A stretch of DNA of 64,000 bases from the NCBI GenBank assembly GCA_031372565.1, contig JANMLN010000057.1:15025-79024 (forward strand), written 5' to 3'. Shown in pieces: positions 47,249-57,115 of the stretch (its first letter is position 1; the number at the start of each line of letters is the position of its first letter). Below the pieces are notes generated by a model that saw only the letters and a list, made by a program, of their open reading frames with translations, searched no databases and had not been told where the DNA came from. The position numbers and the translations under genes are program-made. Source of the stretch: Gemmatimonadota bacterium. Lineage in GTDB: Bacteria; Gemmatimonadota; Gemmatimonadetes; Gemmatimonadales; Gemmatimonadaceae.

Positions 47249-48622
47249 TCAGCGACCGACCGTCGACGTCGCGCCGGCCTGGGCCACGGCCCGTCCACTC
47301 GGCAATCGCGCCGCCACGGCGGCGCCTACCTGACGGCCCGACTTGAGCCCCTCGTCGAGCGCCTGACGGTAGTGAATGCCGCCGTAGAGCCGACTGATGG
47401 ACGCCTCGTCCGCCGCCTGCTGGAACGAGGTGAAGGAGCGCACGGGCAGTCCGTACCCGATCTCGGAGGAGTCGGCGAAGGCGAACCCCTCGCCGAAGAC
47501 GTGCGTGAGGGCCGTCGCTGCCGCGCCGGAGATGACGCTGTGCCCACTCGGATATTCCGGGAACGGCGGCGTCTGCAGCAACGGGGTCCACTGTTCGTCC
47601 ACGTACTTGTTGATCACGGTTTCCGGGCGGATGCGGGCACTCCGGTACTTCTCCTCCCACGCCGCCAGAAAGCCGTCCGCCAGCGCGACCGCCACATGCA
47701 CGTACGCGTCGGCGCTCGACATGATATCGGCCCCAGCCTTGCGGGCTGCGAGGGCCGCGATCCCCATCCAGTGTCCGCCTGGCGAGATCTTCTTCGTGGC
47801 GAACATCGTGTGTCCCTGCACGTTCATCACGTACGGGTTGCAGTCCCAGAACGCCGCGATCGCGCGCTGCTCGGCCGTGAGCGAGCGTCCCACGTCGCGC
47901 GCCTCGAGCACCTGACGCATGTACGGACTGCTGCGCGAGGTGTCGAAGGCGAACGGCGCCACCGGGCGGAACTGACTGGCCGAATCGAGCACGAACGGCC
48001 GGATGCGCCCCCAGTTGGGCTCCACCGCGTCCATGTAGGCCGGCGGCGTCGGGATCCAGCGTCCAGGTTCGTCGCGGATCGTGAACTTCGATGCGCCGCG
48101 CGTGGCGAGGTACCCATCCGCCTTCGCCCACGCGAGGACGTGCTGCGCCACCTGCTCGGCCCACGCCACGGTACGATCGGCGGTCGCGCCGTTCACTCCT
48201 GCAGCCCGGAAGACGCGATCCATGGAATCCTTCGTCGCCTTCACGCGGTCCTGCGAGAAGGTGAGGGGGGTCGCCACGGCGAGGTAGGCATGCACACCGG
48301 CCATTGGCCAGTCCACCCCTTCCGGCGGTGCGGGGAGCGCGCCGAGGTCGCGCAGTCGACCGCCGAGCGTGGCGCGGCCTGGGTGCCCCGGACGCATCGC
48401 CTCGTAGGCCGCGATGCTGGCGTACGCGTACACACGCGCCGCCTGCGGCGGCGAGAAGATGTCGTACACGATCACGTCCGTCACGCGCTGGACGGCGGCG
48501 TGCAGCGTGGCCGCGTCGGAGGCGGCGGTGCGCGGCGTCGGGCGCGAACAGGCCGCGCCCACGATCAGCATCGCGAACACGGCGCGACGCGCCGCACCGG
48601 TGGTTGGCATGGCTCCCATCAC
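47249..48622 (-). CDS. Vanadium-dependent haloperoxidase / PAP2-superfamily lipoprotein
   Basis: WEEKY....RP, TPPFPEYPSGHS, SRLYGGIHY, FWDCNP; lipobox VGAAC. Confidence 0.88.
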   Translation of the reverse strand: MMGAMPTTGAARRAVFAMLIVGAACSRPTPRTAASDAATLHAAVQRVTDVIVYDIFSPPQAARVYAYASIAAYEAMRPGHPGRATLGGRLRDLGALPAPPEGVDWPMAGVHAYLAVATPLTFSQDRVKATKDSMDRVFRAAGVNGATADRTVAWAEQVAQHVLAWAKADGYLATRGASKFTIRDEPGRWIPTPPAYMDAVEPNWGRIRPFVLDSASQFRPVAPFAFDTSRSSPYMRQVLEARDVGRSLTAEQRAIAAFWDCNPYVMNVQGHTMFATKKISPGGHWMGIAALAARKAGADIMSSADAYVHVAVALADGFLAAWEEKYRSARIRPETVINKYVDEQWTPLLQTPPFPEYPSGHSVISGAAATALTHVFGEGFAFADSSEIGYGLPVRSFTSFQQAADEASISRLYGGIHYRQALDEGLKSGRQVGAAVAARLPSGRAVAQAGATSTVGR

Positions 48623-51600
48623 TTGGCGCTCCGTGCCGCGGCAAAGACCCGCGGCGTGTCATTGTTCCTCACGGCGACAATCTGCCAGCCCGCGCGCGTC
48701 CGCACGCGGTGCAGGGCACGCACCTCGCCGCGCACGTCGAACCCGCTCTCGAGCGCGCGCAGCGGGCGCCACGAGCCGTCGCGTGCACCCTCCAGCACGA
48801 GGCCATCGAGCCCTTCCATCCGCGCGAATTCCGGCTTCAGACCGAAGAAGTTGCCCGCGACGACGAGATCCGGTACCCCATCCCCGGTGAGGTCCTGGGC
48901 GAGCAGGGCGTACAGCGGCGTCCGCTGCGCCTCGTCCGGGAGCGCCGTCACGGCGTAGCGTCCGCCCCCGAGGTTCCGCGCCACGACGCTCGCGAAGGTG
49001 GTCGCCCGTAACGTGGTCGCCCCCGCGCGCTCGGTGGGAGTGAACACCTCCTCCATCGTCTTGCCCGCGTACGAGCGATAATCGTTGAACCGGGCCTTCA
49101 GGAACGGGAGCGCCTTGAGAAGGTCGTCGCGCATCGGCACCGGGTAGGCGCGCCCGTCCTGTACCTGCGTCACGATCTGCTCGACGAAGCCATTGCCGAT
49201 GAAGTCGTTGATGAGCATGGTCGCAGGCGCCGACGGCGAAGCGCGCAAGCGTCCATTCGTCCCGAGATTGCCGAGCACGAGGTCGGCCTTCCCGTTTCCG
49301 TCCAGGTCGGTGACAAGCACGCGCGTCCAGCAACCCGCGAGGTCCGTGAGACCCGCAACCTCGAGCAGCGCGAACCTCCCCTGCCCCGTGTTCCGGAAGA
49401 CGCGAACGGGCATCCAGTCGCCCACCACGACGAGGTCGGGACGCCCGTCGCCGTCCACGTCGGTCACGGCGGCATCGGTCACCATGCCGACGCGCTCGAG
49501 CCCCGGAGCACGCGTCACCGTCTCGTTCGTGAAGCGCCCTCGCCCGTCGTTGATCAGCAGGAGGCTCTGCGCCGGCAGTCCGTACTGCCACGGCACGAGG
49601 CGCCCACCCACGAACAGATCCACGTCCCCGTCGCCGTCCAGATCGGCGGCGACCACACGCGACCCTGACGCCGTCTCGTTGGGCAGGCGATCGACCGCCT
49701 TCGTGAAGCGCCCGCGCCCGTCGTTGAGGTAGAGGCGGTCCTGCAGGGCGGAGGCCTCGGCGGCAAACTCGTTGCCACCGCTCACGACGTAGAGGTCGAG
49801 GTCGCCGTCCCCGTCGGCATCGAAGAACACGGCCCCGACATCCTCGGCGATGGCATCGGGCTCGAACACCCCTGCATTCGACGCGACGAAGGCCCCGGAG
49901 GGCTGCTGCAGCATGATCCGGCCCGGCTGATCCTTGGCCCCACCCAGGAACAGGTCATCAAGCCCGTCGCCGTTCAGGTCACCGACCGCGCTCGCCGGCC
50001 CTTCCGTGGACAGCATGCGCGGGATCAATCGATCGCGATCGAAGTCCACGAAGTCGTTCTCGACGTGGCGCCAGGTGAGCGGTGTGACATTCGTGACGTC
50101 GCGCAGGAGCGGCATCGGGCTCCGCATCGGCGTCGAGGGGCGACGTGCCGCCTGCCCCTGCGCCACGGTCACGACGGTGTTCGCCCGAGGCGACACGACG
50201 ACGCTCGAGCGGCCATCGGGCCACTCCACGACGAGGGAATCCGCAGCGCTGCCCGTGCCCAGCCCGAAGGTGAGCGTGTAGTCCACGCTGCTCTGGTATC
50301 CACGCACCGGGCTCTCCTCCTGGACCTGCTGGTCGCGGCCCTGCCACACGGTCACGCGCGACCCCAACCCGAACCGATTGCCACCTTCGCCCGCCAAGCG
50401 GACCTGGAGGTAGTTCGGCGGCGCAGGCCGGCGGCGCACGTCGTTGCGGAAGACGAACGCCTCGCCATTGCTGTTGTTCACGACCAGGTCCGGAGCCCCG
50501 TCGCCATCGAGATCACCATAGGCCGAACCCGACGAGAACGCCGGGAGGTCCACCCCCCATGCGTGCGAAACATCCTCGAAGTGCAGACCACCGAGGTTGC
50601 GAAAGGCGAACTTCGGGATCGGCGTGGCGCGCATGGCCTTCACGAGCGCGAGGAAATCCACGCGCCCGCCGCGACCGATGGCCTCCGCGGCCGTCTGGTT
50701 GGCCATCGAGGACACGTAGTCCTGCGACGTCACATCCTTCGGCAGGCCATTCGTGACGACGAGGTCCTTGCGGCCGTCGAGGTCGAAGTCTGCCAGGAGC
50801 GGGCTCCAGCTCCAGTCCGTGGCCGCGACACCGGCCTGCTGGCCGACGTCGTGAAAACGGCCGTTGCCCCCATTGTGCTGGAGCATGTTGCGCATGAACT
50901 GCTGGTGATAGCCGCCACGGACCTTCGCCTCGTAGACATCCCACCCCTCGAATGACGACTGCTCCTTGAGGCGCTGCTCCCCGCGCGGGAGCATGTCCGT
51001 GGTGTAGATGTCCGGCCAGCCGTCGTTGTCCACGTCGGCGATGTCGAGCCCCATGGAGAAGTAGCTCGTGCCGGGCAACGCCTGCTCCGTGATGTCCTCG
51101 AACGTGCCGTTCCCACGGTTGCGGTAGAGGTAGTCGCGCTCGAAGAAGTCGTTGGCGACGTACACGTCAGGCCAGCCATCGCGATCCACATCCGCCACCA
51201 CGATGCCGAGCGAGAAGGCATTCTCGGGAGCGTGGATGCCGGCCAGCGCCCCGACCTCCGTGAAATGTCCGCCATCGTTGCGGTACAGCTTCGCGCCTCC
51301 CAACGGGTCGCGGACGTCGCGCACGTTCCGCATGCCGAAGCTCGACACCGGTTTCGGCGAGTTGTTGATCAGAAAGAGATCAAGATCCCCGTCGCGGTCG
51401 TAGTCCAGAAATGCTGCCTGAATCGAGTAGCCGCCGTCCCCGACCCCCCATGCCTTCGCCCGGTCGACGAAATGCGGCACGCTGTCGGGGCCGTTCCCTT
51501 GGTTCAGGAAGAGTGCGTTCGCTCGCCCCTCGGGACGCGGCATCCCGCCGCGGCTGATGTAGAGGTCGAGTCGCCCATCGCCGTCCACGTCCGCGATCGC

Positions 51601-51996
51601 GACCCCGGTGGTCCAGGCCGCGTTCGCACGGAGCCCAGCGGCCTCGGTCACGTCACGGAACCGGAACTGCCCTTCGTTCAGGTACAGCGTCACTCCACCG
51701 GAGTTCGACGTCAGCACGACCTCCGGCAGTCCGTCGCCGTTCAGGTCGCCGATCGCGACGCCGCCGCCATTGTAGTGGTTGCGGTACGTGAAGACATTCT
51801 CGCCCTGCGTGTCCGGGATGCGATTCTCGAACGCGATCCCGGTCCACGACGACGGCATCCTCGCGAACAGGCTCATGCCGGGCGCCGGGGCCGCGGCGTC
51901 CTTCGCTGGCGTGCAGGCGGCCACCAGCATCCAAACGAACAGTACCGCCCGTGACGACTGGCAGTACGCAGCAAGACGATGCACTCGAACTCTCAC
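48619..51996 (-). CDS. FG-GAP/VCBS repeat + ASPIC/UnbV lipoprotein, second paralog
   Basis: Lipobox LVAAC; YNGGGVAIGDLNGDG, DWSWSPL.AD.D.DG, RGYQSSVD..LTFGLG....DSLVVEWPDG. Confidence 0.9.
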   Translation of the reverse strand: MRVRVHRLAAYCQSSRAVLFVWMLVAACTPAKDAAAPAPGMSLFARMPSSWTGIAFENRIPDTQGENVFTYRNHYNGGGVAIGDLNGDGLPEVVLTSNSGGVTLYLNEGQFRFRDVTEAAGLRANAAWTTGVAIADVDGDGRLDLYISRGGMPRPEGRANALFLNQGNGPDSVPHFVDRAKAWGVGDGGYSIQAAFLDYDRDGDLDLFLINNSPKPVSSFGMRNVRDVRDPLGGAKLYRNDGGHFTEVGALAGIHAPENAFSLGIVVADVDRDGWPDVYVANDFFERDYLYRNRGNGTFEDITEQALPGTSYFSMGLDIADVDNDGWPDIYTTDMLPRGEQRLKEQSSFEGWDVYEAKVRGGYHQQFMRNMLQHNGGNGRFHDVGQQAGVAATDWSWSPLLADFDLDGRKDLVVTNGLPKDVTSQDYVSSMANQTAAEAIGRGGRVDFLALVKAMRATPIPKFAFRNLGGLHFEDVSHAWGVDLPAFSSGSAYGDLDGDGAPDLVVNNSNGEAFVFRNDVRRRPAPPNYLQVRLAGEGGNRFGLGSRVTVWQGRDQQVQEESPVRGYQSSVDYTLTFGLGTGSAADSLVVEWPDGRSSVVVSPRANTVVTVAQGQAARRPSTPMRSPMPLLRDVTNVTPLTWRHVENDFVDFDRDRLIPRMLSTEGPASAVGDLNGDGLDDLFLGGAKDQPGRIMLQQPSGAFVASNAGVFEPDAIAEDVGAVFFDADGDGDLDLYVVSGGNEFAAEASALQDRLYLNDGRGRFTKAVDRLPNETASGSRVVAADLDGDGDVDLFVGGRLVPWQYGLPAQSLLLINDGRGRFTNETVTRAPGLERVGMVTDAAVTDVDGDGRPDLVVVGDWMPVRVFRNTGQGRFALLEVAGLTDLAGCWTRVLVTDLDGNGKADLVLGNLGTNGRLRASPSAPATMLINDFIGNGFVEQIVTQVQDGRAYPVPMRDDLLKALPFLKARFNDYRSYAGKTMEEVFTPTERAGATTLRATTFASVVARNLGGGRYAVTALPDEAQRTPLYALLAQDLTGDGVPDLVVAGNFFGLKPEFARMEGLDGLVLEGARDGSWRPLRALESGFDVRGEVRALHRVRTRAGWQIVAVRNNDTPRVFAAARSAK

Positions 51997-52035
51997 ACGG
52001 GAACGATTAGAGACGACTGGAAGCTACCACGAACG

Positions 52036-52066
52036 AAAGAGCCTGTGTCCCCGAGGGAACACAGGC
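52036..52066 (-). terminator. Rho-independent terminator after susD (a second hairpin lies at 52085-52110)
   Basis: GCCTGTGT...ACACAGGC stem followed on the minus strand by TCTTT. Confidence 0.65.
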
Positions 52067-52115
52067 CATCTCGCCAACGGACCCCCCAACCCGGCATACG
52101 GCCGGGTGGGAAGGA

Positions 52116-53729
52116 CTAGTACCCCGCGTTCTGCGTCAGCAGCGGGTTGGTCTGCAGCTGCGGGCTCGGAATCGGCATGCGCACCTTGAACGCCGGGCTC
52201 GCCGTCCCGCGGTACTGGACTGGCTGAATGAAGAAGCCGCCACGAATGGCATCCTGACGCCGCTTCGCCTCACCAGCAAGTTCGCGCTGGCGTTCGATGA
52301 AGAGTTCCGTCTGCACGGCTCCCTGCGAGACGACGCCGCTGTAAGCGCCGCCGGCGCCCATCGCGCGCACCTTCACGACATTCATCGCGGTGATAGCGGC
52401 CGCCGTGTTACCGAGTTCGTTCTGCGCTTCGGCCTTGATGAGGTACATCTCGGCGAGGCGGAAGAAGGTGAAGTCGTTCTGGTAGTTGCCGCCGACCGGG
52501 GCAGGATCACCCTGGTTGTACTGGAACTTGTTCATGCGGGGCCCTTCGTTCTCGGCCGCCGACGTGATGTTGGCGATGTTCAGCGTGAAGATGAGCGGGG
52601 CGCCCGCACGGTCGTTGACCTGGGCTCCGGAGAAGTTGAGCTGCGGGCCGACCTGGATCGCCGACCGCCGGATGTCGGGGTTCGTGACCGAGTCCATCTG
52701 GGTGTAGACCTTGGCCAGCAAGGCGAAGCCGTTCCAGCCGCCATTCGGCTGGTTGTAGTGGCTGCCACGCATGGGGATCGTCAGGCCGAGGTCCTGCTGG
52801 GCACGGTTACGGACAACGAGGATGTTCTCGGGCGAGTTCAGGTTGTCGGCCGTGAAGTTCTTGATCCAGTTCGCCCGCGTCTGCATCGTGTAGACGCCGG
52901 AGTTGATCACCGAGTCCGCGTAGTCGCTCGCTTCGGTAAAGCGCGGAGCACCCAACGTGAGGCCACCAGCGGTCAAGGTGCCGGTGAAAACCCGGGCGTT
53001 CAGGTAGAGCGACGCCAAGATCGCGTTCACCGCGCCCCGGGTGAGTCGGCCGTAGTCGCTGGCGGGCCACGAGGCGGGCAGGTTGGCCTTGGCGGCCTTC
53101 AGCTCGCTCTCGATGAAGTTGAAGGTCTCGACTTCGGTGTTGCGCGCGCGGGTGATGCCGATCTGCGCGTCGGTCACGATCGGAACGCCGCCCCACATGT
53201 CGAGCATCATGTAGTAGTAATACGCGCGGAGCGCCCGCAACTCCGCCCGCATCGTGGCCCGGGCCGGGGACAGCGACGCCGCCGTCAGCGCGGGGGCGTT
53301 GAGCACGGCATTCACGTTCGCGATGCCGCCCGACAGGTTGTTATACAGGTCGTTGATGTCGGCGGTGCCGAGACCCGAGGTCGGCGTCCAGCCCTGCCGG
53401 AACATCTCGAGCCAGCGGCCATTGTCGAACCAGTCCGTGCCGCGCGTCGGGACGAGCATCTCGTCCGCGGTGACGACGCCCATGTTGTAGTAACCCCACA
53501 TGACCGCCTTGAGCGTGGAGTAACCGCCAGCCACGGCGCCCAGCACCTGGGCGTCCGTGCTGTAGAACGTCGAGGGCGCCAGCGCGCTGGGCGGGACCTC
53601 GTCGAGATCCGTACAGGCGGCCGGACCTCCGACGAGGGCGGCCGAAGCCACCATCACCGTGAGAACTGTCTTCCGGGAAATGCGCATGAGGCTCCGGGGG
53701 TTGAACTTCGGGTTAGTCTGGATGGTCAT
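52116..53729 (-). CDS. susD: RagB/SusD family glycan-binding lipoprotein
   Basis: AACTDLDE lipobox, DE..VPTRGTDW.D.G, LRAYYY..MLDMWGGVPI, FRLAEMYLIKAEA, ER.RELAGE..RR.D.IR, QNAGY. Confidence 0.93.
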   Translation of the reverse strand: MTIQTNPKFNPRSLMRISRKTVLTVMVASAALVGGPAACTDLDEVPPSALAPSTFYSTDAQVLGAVAGGYSTLKAVMWGYYNMGVVTADEMLVPTRGTDWFDNGRWLEMFRQGWTPTSGLGTADINDLYNNLSGGIANVNAVLNAPALTAASLSPARATMRAELRALRAYYYYMMLDMWGGVPIVTDAQIGITRARNTEVETFNFIESELKAAKANLPASWPASDYGRLTRGAVNAILASLYLNARVFTGTLTAGGLTLGAPRFTEASDYADSVINSGVYTMQTRANWIKNFTADNLNSPENILVVRNRAQQDLGLTIPMRGSHYNQPNGGWNGFALLAKVYTQMDSVTNPDIRRSAIQVGPQLNFSGAQVNDRAGAPLIFTLNIANITSAAENEGPRMNKFQYNQGDPAPVGGNYQNDFTFFRLAEMYLIKAEAQNELGNTAAAITAMNVVKVRAMGAGGAYSGVVSQGAVQTELFIERQRELAGEAKRRQDAIRGGFFIQPVQYRGTASPAFKVRMPIPSPQLQTNPLLTQNAGY

Positions 53730-53743
53730 TGGTGGGCGCTCCC

Positions 53744-56700
53744 TTAGTACGTCACACGGAGGCCGGCCGTAAACGTCCGGGCCCTCGGGTAGGCAAGGTA
53801 GTCGATGCCGCGCGAAGCCAAACCGGCCGCCGCAAAGACTTCAGGATCATACCCGGTGTAGTCAGTCAGCAGGAAAAGGTTGTCGGCAGAAACGTACACC
53901 CGGGCCGAGTTGTTCCGGACCGTTCCCGGCATCTGGAAGGTGTAGCCCATCGTGAGGTTCTGCAGGCGGAGGAAGGTGGCACTCTCGACGTAGCGCGACG
54001 AGAAGATTGCCGGCTCGGAGAGGGCGATGCCGTCCGTCAGTGCCGACCGCAGGAAGTTCGCCGACTGCAGCGCGTTGCTCTTGTTGGCGAAGACCAGCGC
54101 CGTGTTGTTGAACGTCTTGCCACCGACCTGACCGCGCATGATCATCGAGATGTCGAACTGCTTCAGGGTCAACTGGTTACGCCAGCTGTACGCGAAGTCC
54201 GGGTTGGCGTTGCCGAGCACCCGGAAGTCCTGCGCGCTCACCGTCGTTCCCGTCCCCGTCAGGGTGCCGGACGCGTCGTACTTGTTGAAGAGCTGCTTGC
54301 CCGTCGGATCAACCCCGACAAACTCGGGACCGTAGAAGGTGCCCACGGGCTGGCCGACGATCAGGCGCTGTGACTGCTGACCAGACTGGCCTCGGCCCGA
54401 CACGTCACCAGTGCTGATGAACGTACGGTTCTGGCCCAGGTCGGTCATCTTGTTCCGCTCGACGGTCAGAATGAAGCCGGAGGTCCAGCTCCGATCCCGC
54501 TGCGACCAGATGTTCCAGTCGACGGTGGCCTCGAACCCGTTGTTCTCCAGCGTGCCGATGTTCTGGAGCTGCGTCGGGACCGGCGCCGGCTGCGGCACCG
54601 CGACCGTGAAGAGCAGGTCCTTCGTGTTCTTCTGGTAGTACTCAACCGTGCCGGTGACGCGGTTGTTCAACACGCCGAAGTCGAGCGCGAACGACGTCTG
54701 CGTCGTCGTCTCCCACTTCAGGTCCGGGTTCGGGTTCTGGCTCGGCACGATGCCGGTGTACACCTGCGTGCCGAAGATGTAGCGCGCCCCGCCCTGCGTG
54801 TTGAGCAGCGTCAGCGACTGATACGGCGCCACGCCCTGGTTGCCCTGCGTGCCATAGCCCACGCGGAGGCGCAGATCGCTGAACGGCCCGTTCCTCATGA
54901 ACCCTTCTTCCGAGATCTTCCACGCGGCCGACAGCGCCGGGAAGACGGCCCACTTGTTGGTGGCGCCGAACCGCGACGAACCGTCGCGACGGATCACACC
55001 GGTAAAGAAGTACTTGCCGTCGAAGCCGTAGTTCGCGCGCCCGAAGAACGAGGCAATGCGGCTGTCCTGCAGGAAGGAGAACGGCTGCTGATACGGAGCG
55101 CCGCCGCCGCCGAGATTGTTGAAGGTGAAGGCGTCGCTCAGGAACGACTGCGCCTCGACCCCGAACTCCCCGATCTTGTACGTCGCGTACTCGTAGCCAC
55201 CGACGATTTCGGTCTCGTGCCGCGAACCGAACTTCGGCGACCAGGTCATCACGCCCTGGAAGGTGGCCGAGCTCAGGTCGCGGTTCACCTGACGCGCGCG
55301 GCCCGTGAACTCCGCGCCGGCGGGCGATGCAATCGGCCAGTACGTCTGGCGGACCGAGCCGCTCCGGTCGACACCGACGTTGACCTGGGCGTTGAGCGTC
55401 GGCAGGATCATGTACGACGCAGACACGTTACCGAGAATGCGCTGCGTGGTCGCCTGATCGGTGATCTGCTCCAGCAGGCCGAGCGGGTTGCGCTGCGCCT
55501 GACGGCCGGGCCCGTTCTCGAAGAACGGCGACCCCGGCTGGCCGAGGCCGACGGTTCCCGTGCCGGCATAGTAGACCGGATTGGTCGGGTTGAACGAGGC
55601 CATGTTCGAGAATACGCCGCCTTCGAAGCCGCCGGTGTTCTCGAACGGGATGTAGCGGTTGTTCGTCTGCGTCGCCGTGAGGTTCAGGCCGATCAGCAGC
55701 TTGCCATTCATCTTCTGCGACGTGCCGTTCAGGCGGCCCTGATAGCGCTGGAAGCCGTTGTTGAGCACCACGCCCTGGTTGTCCATGTAGTTGATGGACG
55801 CGCGGTACTTCGTTTCCTGAGTGCCGCCGGAGAACGAGAGATCGTGATTCGTCGTGACCGCATTCCGGTTGACCAGGCTCTCCCAGTCGGTGTTCGCATT
55901 GCCAAGGCTGGCCGCCACGGTGGCCAGCGGCGCTCCCTGCGACTGCACGAAGCTCCGGAATTCACTGCCGGTCAGCAGGCCGAGCTTCTTGGTCTGCGAG
56001 GAGGTCGAGACGTAGCCGTTGTACTCCATCACCTGATTCGAGGCCGAGCCCTGCTTGGTCTCGATCAGGATGACGCCGTTGGCGCCGCGGGATCCGTAGA
56101 TCGCGGTGGCCGCTGCGTCCTTGAGGACGGTGATCGCGGCGATGTCCGCCGGGTTGAGCATGTTCAGCGGGCTGCGCGGCAGGGAGGGCGAACCGCCCAA
56201 GCCAAGGCCGCCGGCTTCCGTCTCGACGTTCTGGATCGGCACGCCGTCAATGACGTACAGCGGCTCGTTCGACGCGGAGATCGAGGTCGTACCGCGGATG
56301 CGGATCTGCGCCCCCGCGCCCGGCTCGCCGCCGTTGGTCACGATCGTGACGCCGGCGACTCGGCCCTGCACGAGTTCGTTCGCGTTCGTCTGTACGCCCA
56401 CGAGCGCATCGCTTCCCTTCACGGTCGCCACGGCGCCGGTCACTGCCTCGCGGCGCTGCTGGCCGTATCCGGTCGTCACGACCTGCTGCAGGAAGGCCGC
56501 GGCCTGGTTCAGCGAGAAGTCCACCGACACGGTACCGCCGGCCGGGACCACCACACTGGATGTCTTCGCGCGAAAGCCGATGCGCCCCGCGCGCACGACC
56601 TGCGCGCCAGCCGGAATCCCCTTCAAAGTGAAGGACCCATCGGTGCCGCTGAGCGCACCAAACCGGGTCCCCGTGATCGTGACATTCACGTTGGCAAGAG

Positions 56701-56818
56701 GCGAATTGCTGGTCGAATCCATCACCTTGCCAGTGATTGTGCCGACCTGGGCCAGCGCCGTCGATCCCGTGAGCATGATGCCCATGATCGCGGCGAGAGA
56801 CAAACGACCTATTTTCAT
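53744..56818 (-). CDS. susC: SusC/RagA family TonB-dependent outer-membrane transporter
   Basis: CarboxypepD-like N-domain, VVTTGYG, PLYVIDGVPI, LKDAAATAIYGSRGANGVILI.TK, NPDLKWETT, YP..RT....L.VTY. Confidence 0.96.
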   Translation of the reverse strand: MKIGRLSLAAIMGIMLTGSTALAQVGTITGKVMDSTSNSPLANVNVTITGTRFGALSGTDGSFTLKGIPAGAQVVRAGRIGFRAKTSSVVVPAGGTVSVDFSLNQAAAFLQQVVTTGYGQQRREAVTGAVATVKGSDALVGVQTNANELVQGRVAGVTIVTNGGEPGAGAQIRIRGTTSISASNEPLYVIDGVPIQNVETEAGGLGLGGSPSLPRSPLNMLNPADIAAITVLKDAAATAIYGSRGANGVILIETKQGSASNQVMEYNGYVSTSSQTKKLGLLTGSEFRSFVQSQGAPLATVAASLGNANTDWESLVNRNAVTTNHDLSFSGGTQETKYRASINYMDNQGVVLNNGFQRYQGRLNGTSQKMNGKLLIGLNLTATQTNNRYIPFENTGGFEGGVFSNMASFNPTNPVYYAGTGTVGLGQPGSPFFENGPGRQAQRNPLGLLEQITDQATTQRILGNVSASYMILPTLNAQVNVGVDRSGSVRQTYWPIASPAGAEFTGRARQVNRDLSSATFQGVMTWSPKFGSRHETEIVGGYEYATYKIGEFGVEAQSFLSDAFTFNNLGGGGAPYQQPFSFLQDSRIASFFGRANYGFDGKYFFTGVIRRDGSSRFGATNKWAVFPALSAAWKISEEGFMRNGPFSDLRLRVGYGTQGNQGVAPYQSLTLLNTQGGARYIFGTQVYTGIVPSQNPNPDLKWETTTQTSFALDFGVLNNRVTGTVEYYQKNTKDLLFTVAVPQPAPVPTQLQNIGTLENNGFEATVDWNIWSQRDRSWTSGFILTVERNKMTDLGQNRTFISTGDVSGRGQSGQQSQRLIVGQPVGTFYGPEFVGVDPTGKQLFNKYDASGTLTGTGTTVSAQDFRVLGNANPDFAYSWRNQLTLKQFDISMIMRGQVGGKTFNNTALVFANKSNALQSANFLRSALTDGIALSEPAIFSSRYVESATFLRLQNLTMGYTFQMPGTVRNNSARVYVSADNLFLLTDYTGYDPEVFAAAGLASRGIDYLAYPRARTFTAGLRVTY

Positions 56819-56938
56819 GCCTTCTGATCCTGTGGAAGAAGCGCGTGAATCGATGGCAACACGCCGGCCCATCGGTACGCCGTGAATTCGCGGGATGCGG
56901 CACCCGGCGCATCTCGCATTTCGGCGAGATTGCAGCCT

Positions 56939-56966
56939 ATAGTACGGCCGGAGAACCGTTTGTCAA
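56939..56966 (-). promoter_or_regulatory. Sigma70 promoter of susC (TTGACA-N16-TACTAT) with an overlapping LacI-type operator-like palindrome GAGAACCGTTTGTC (56951-56964)
   Basis: Near-consensus hexamers in the divergent gap; imperfect palindrome with a central CG. Confidence 0.6.
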
Positions 56967-57115
56967 TAGAATGTGACGGCGAGGCGACGGACCGACCGGT
57001 CCTAATTGAACGGGACCGAATCGGGCTGGCCCGACGCTCCCCTCTTATGTTGCCTCACCGTCACCCTCAATACGCCCGGCTCCACCTCTCGAAGCCGCTT
57101 CAGCGAGCGACGCCA

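Noticed and set aside
43829..51996. Recurrent GTCGCCGTC-like repeats suggesting CRISPR or a DNA repeat array
   Set aside because: They are codons of the DxDGDG FG-GAP protein repeats, irregularly spaced and in frame
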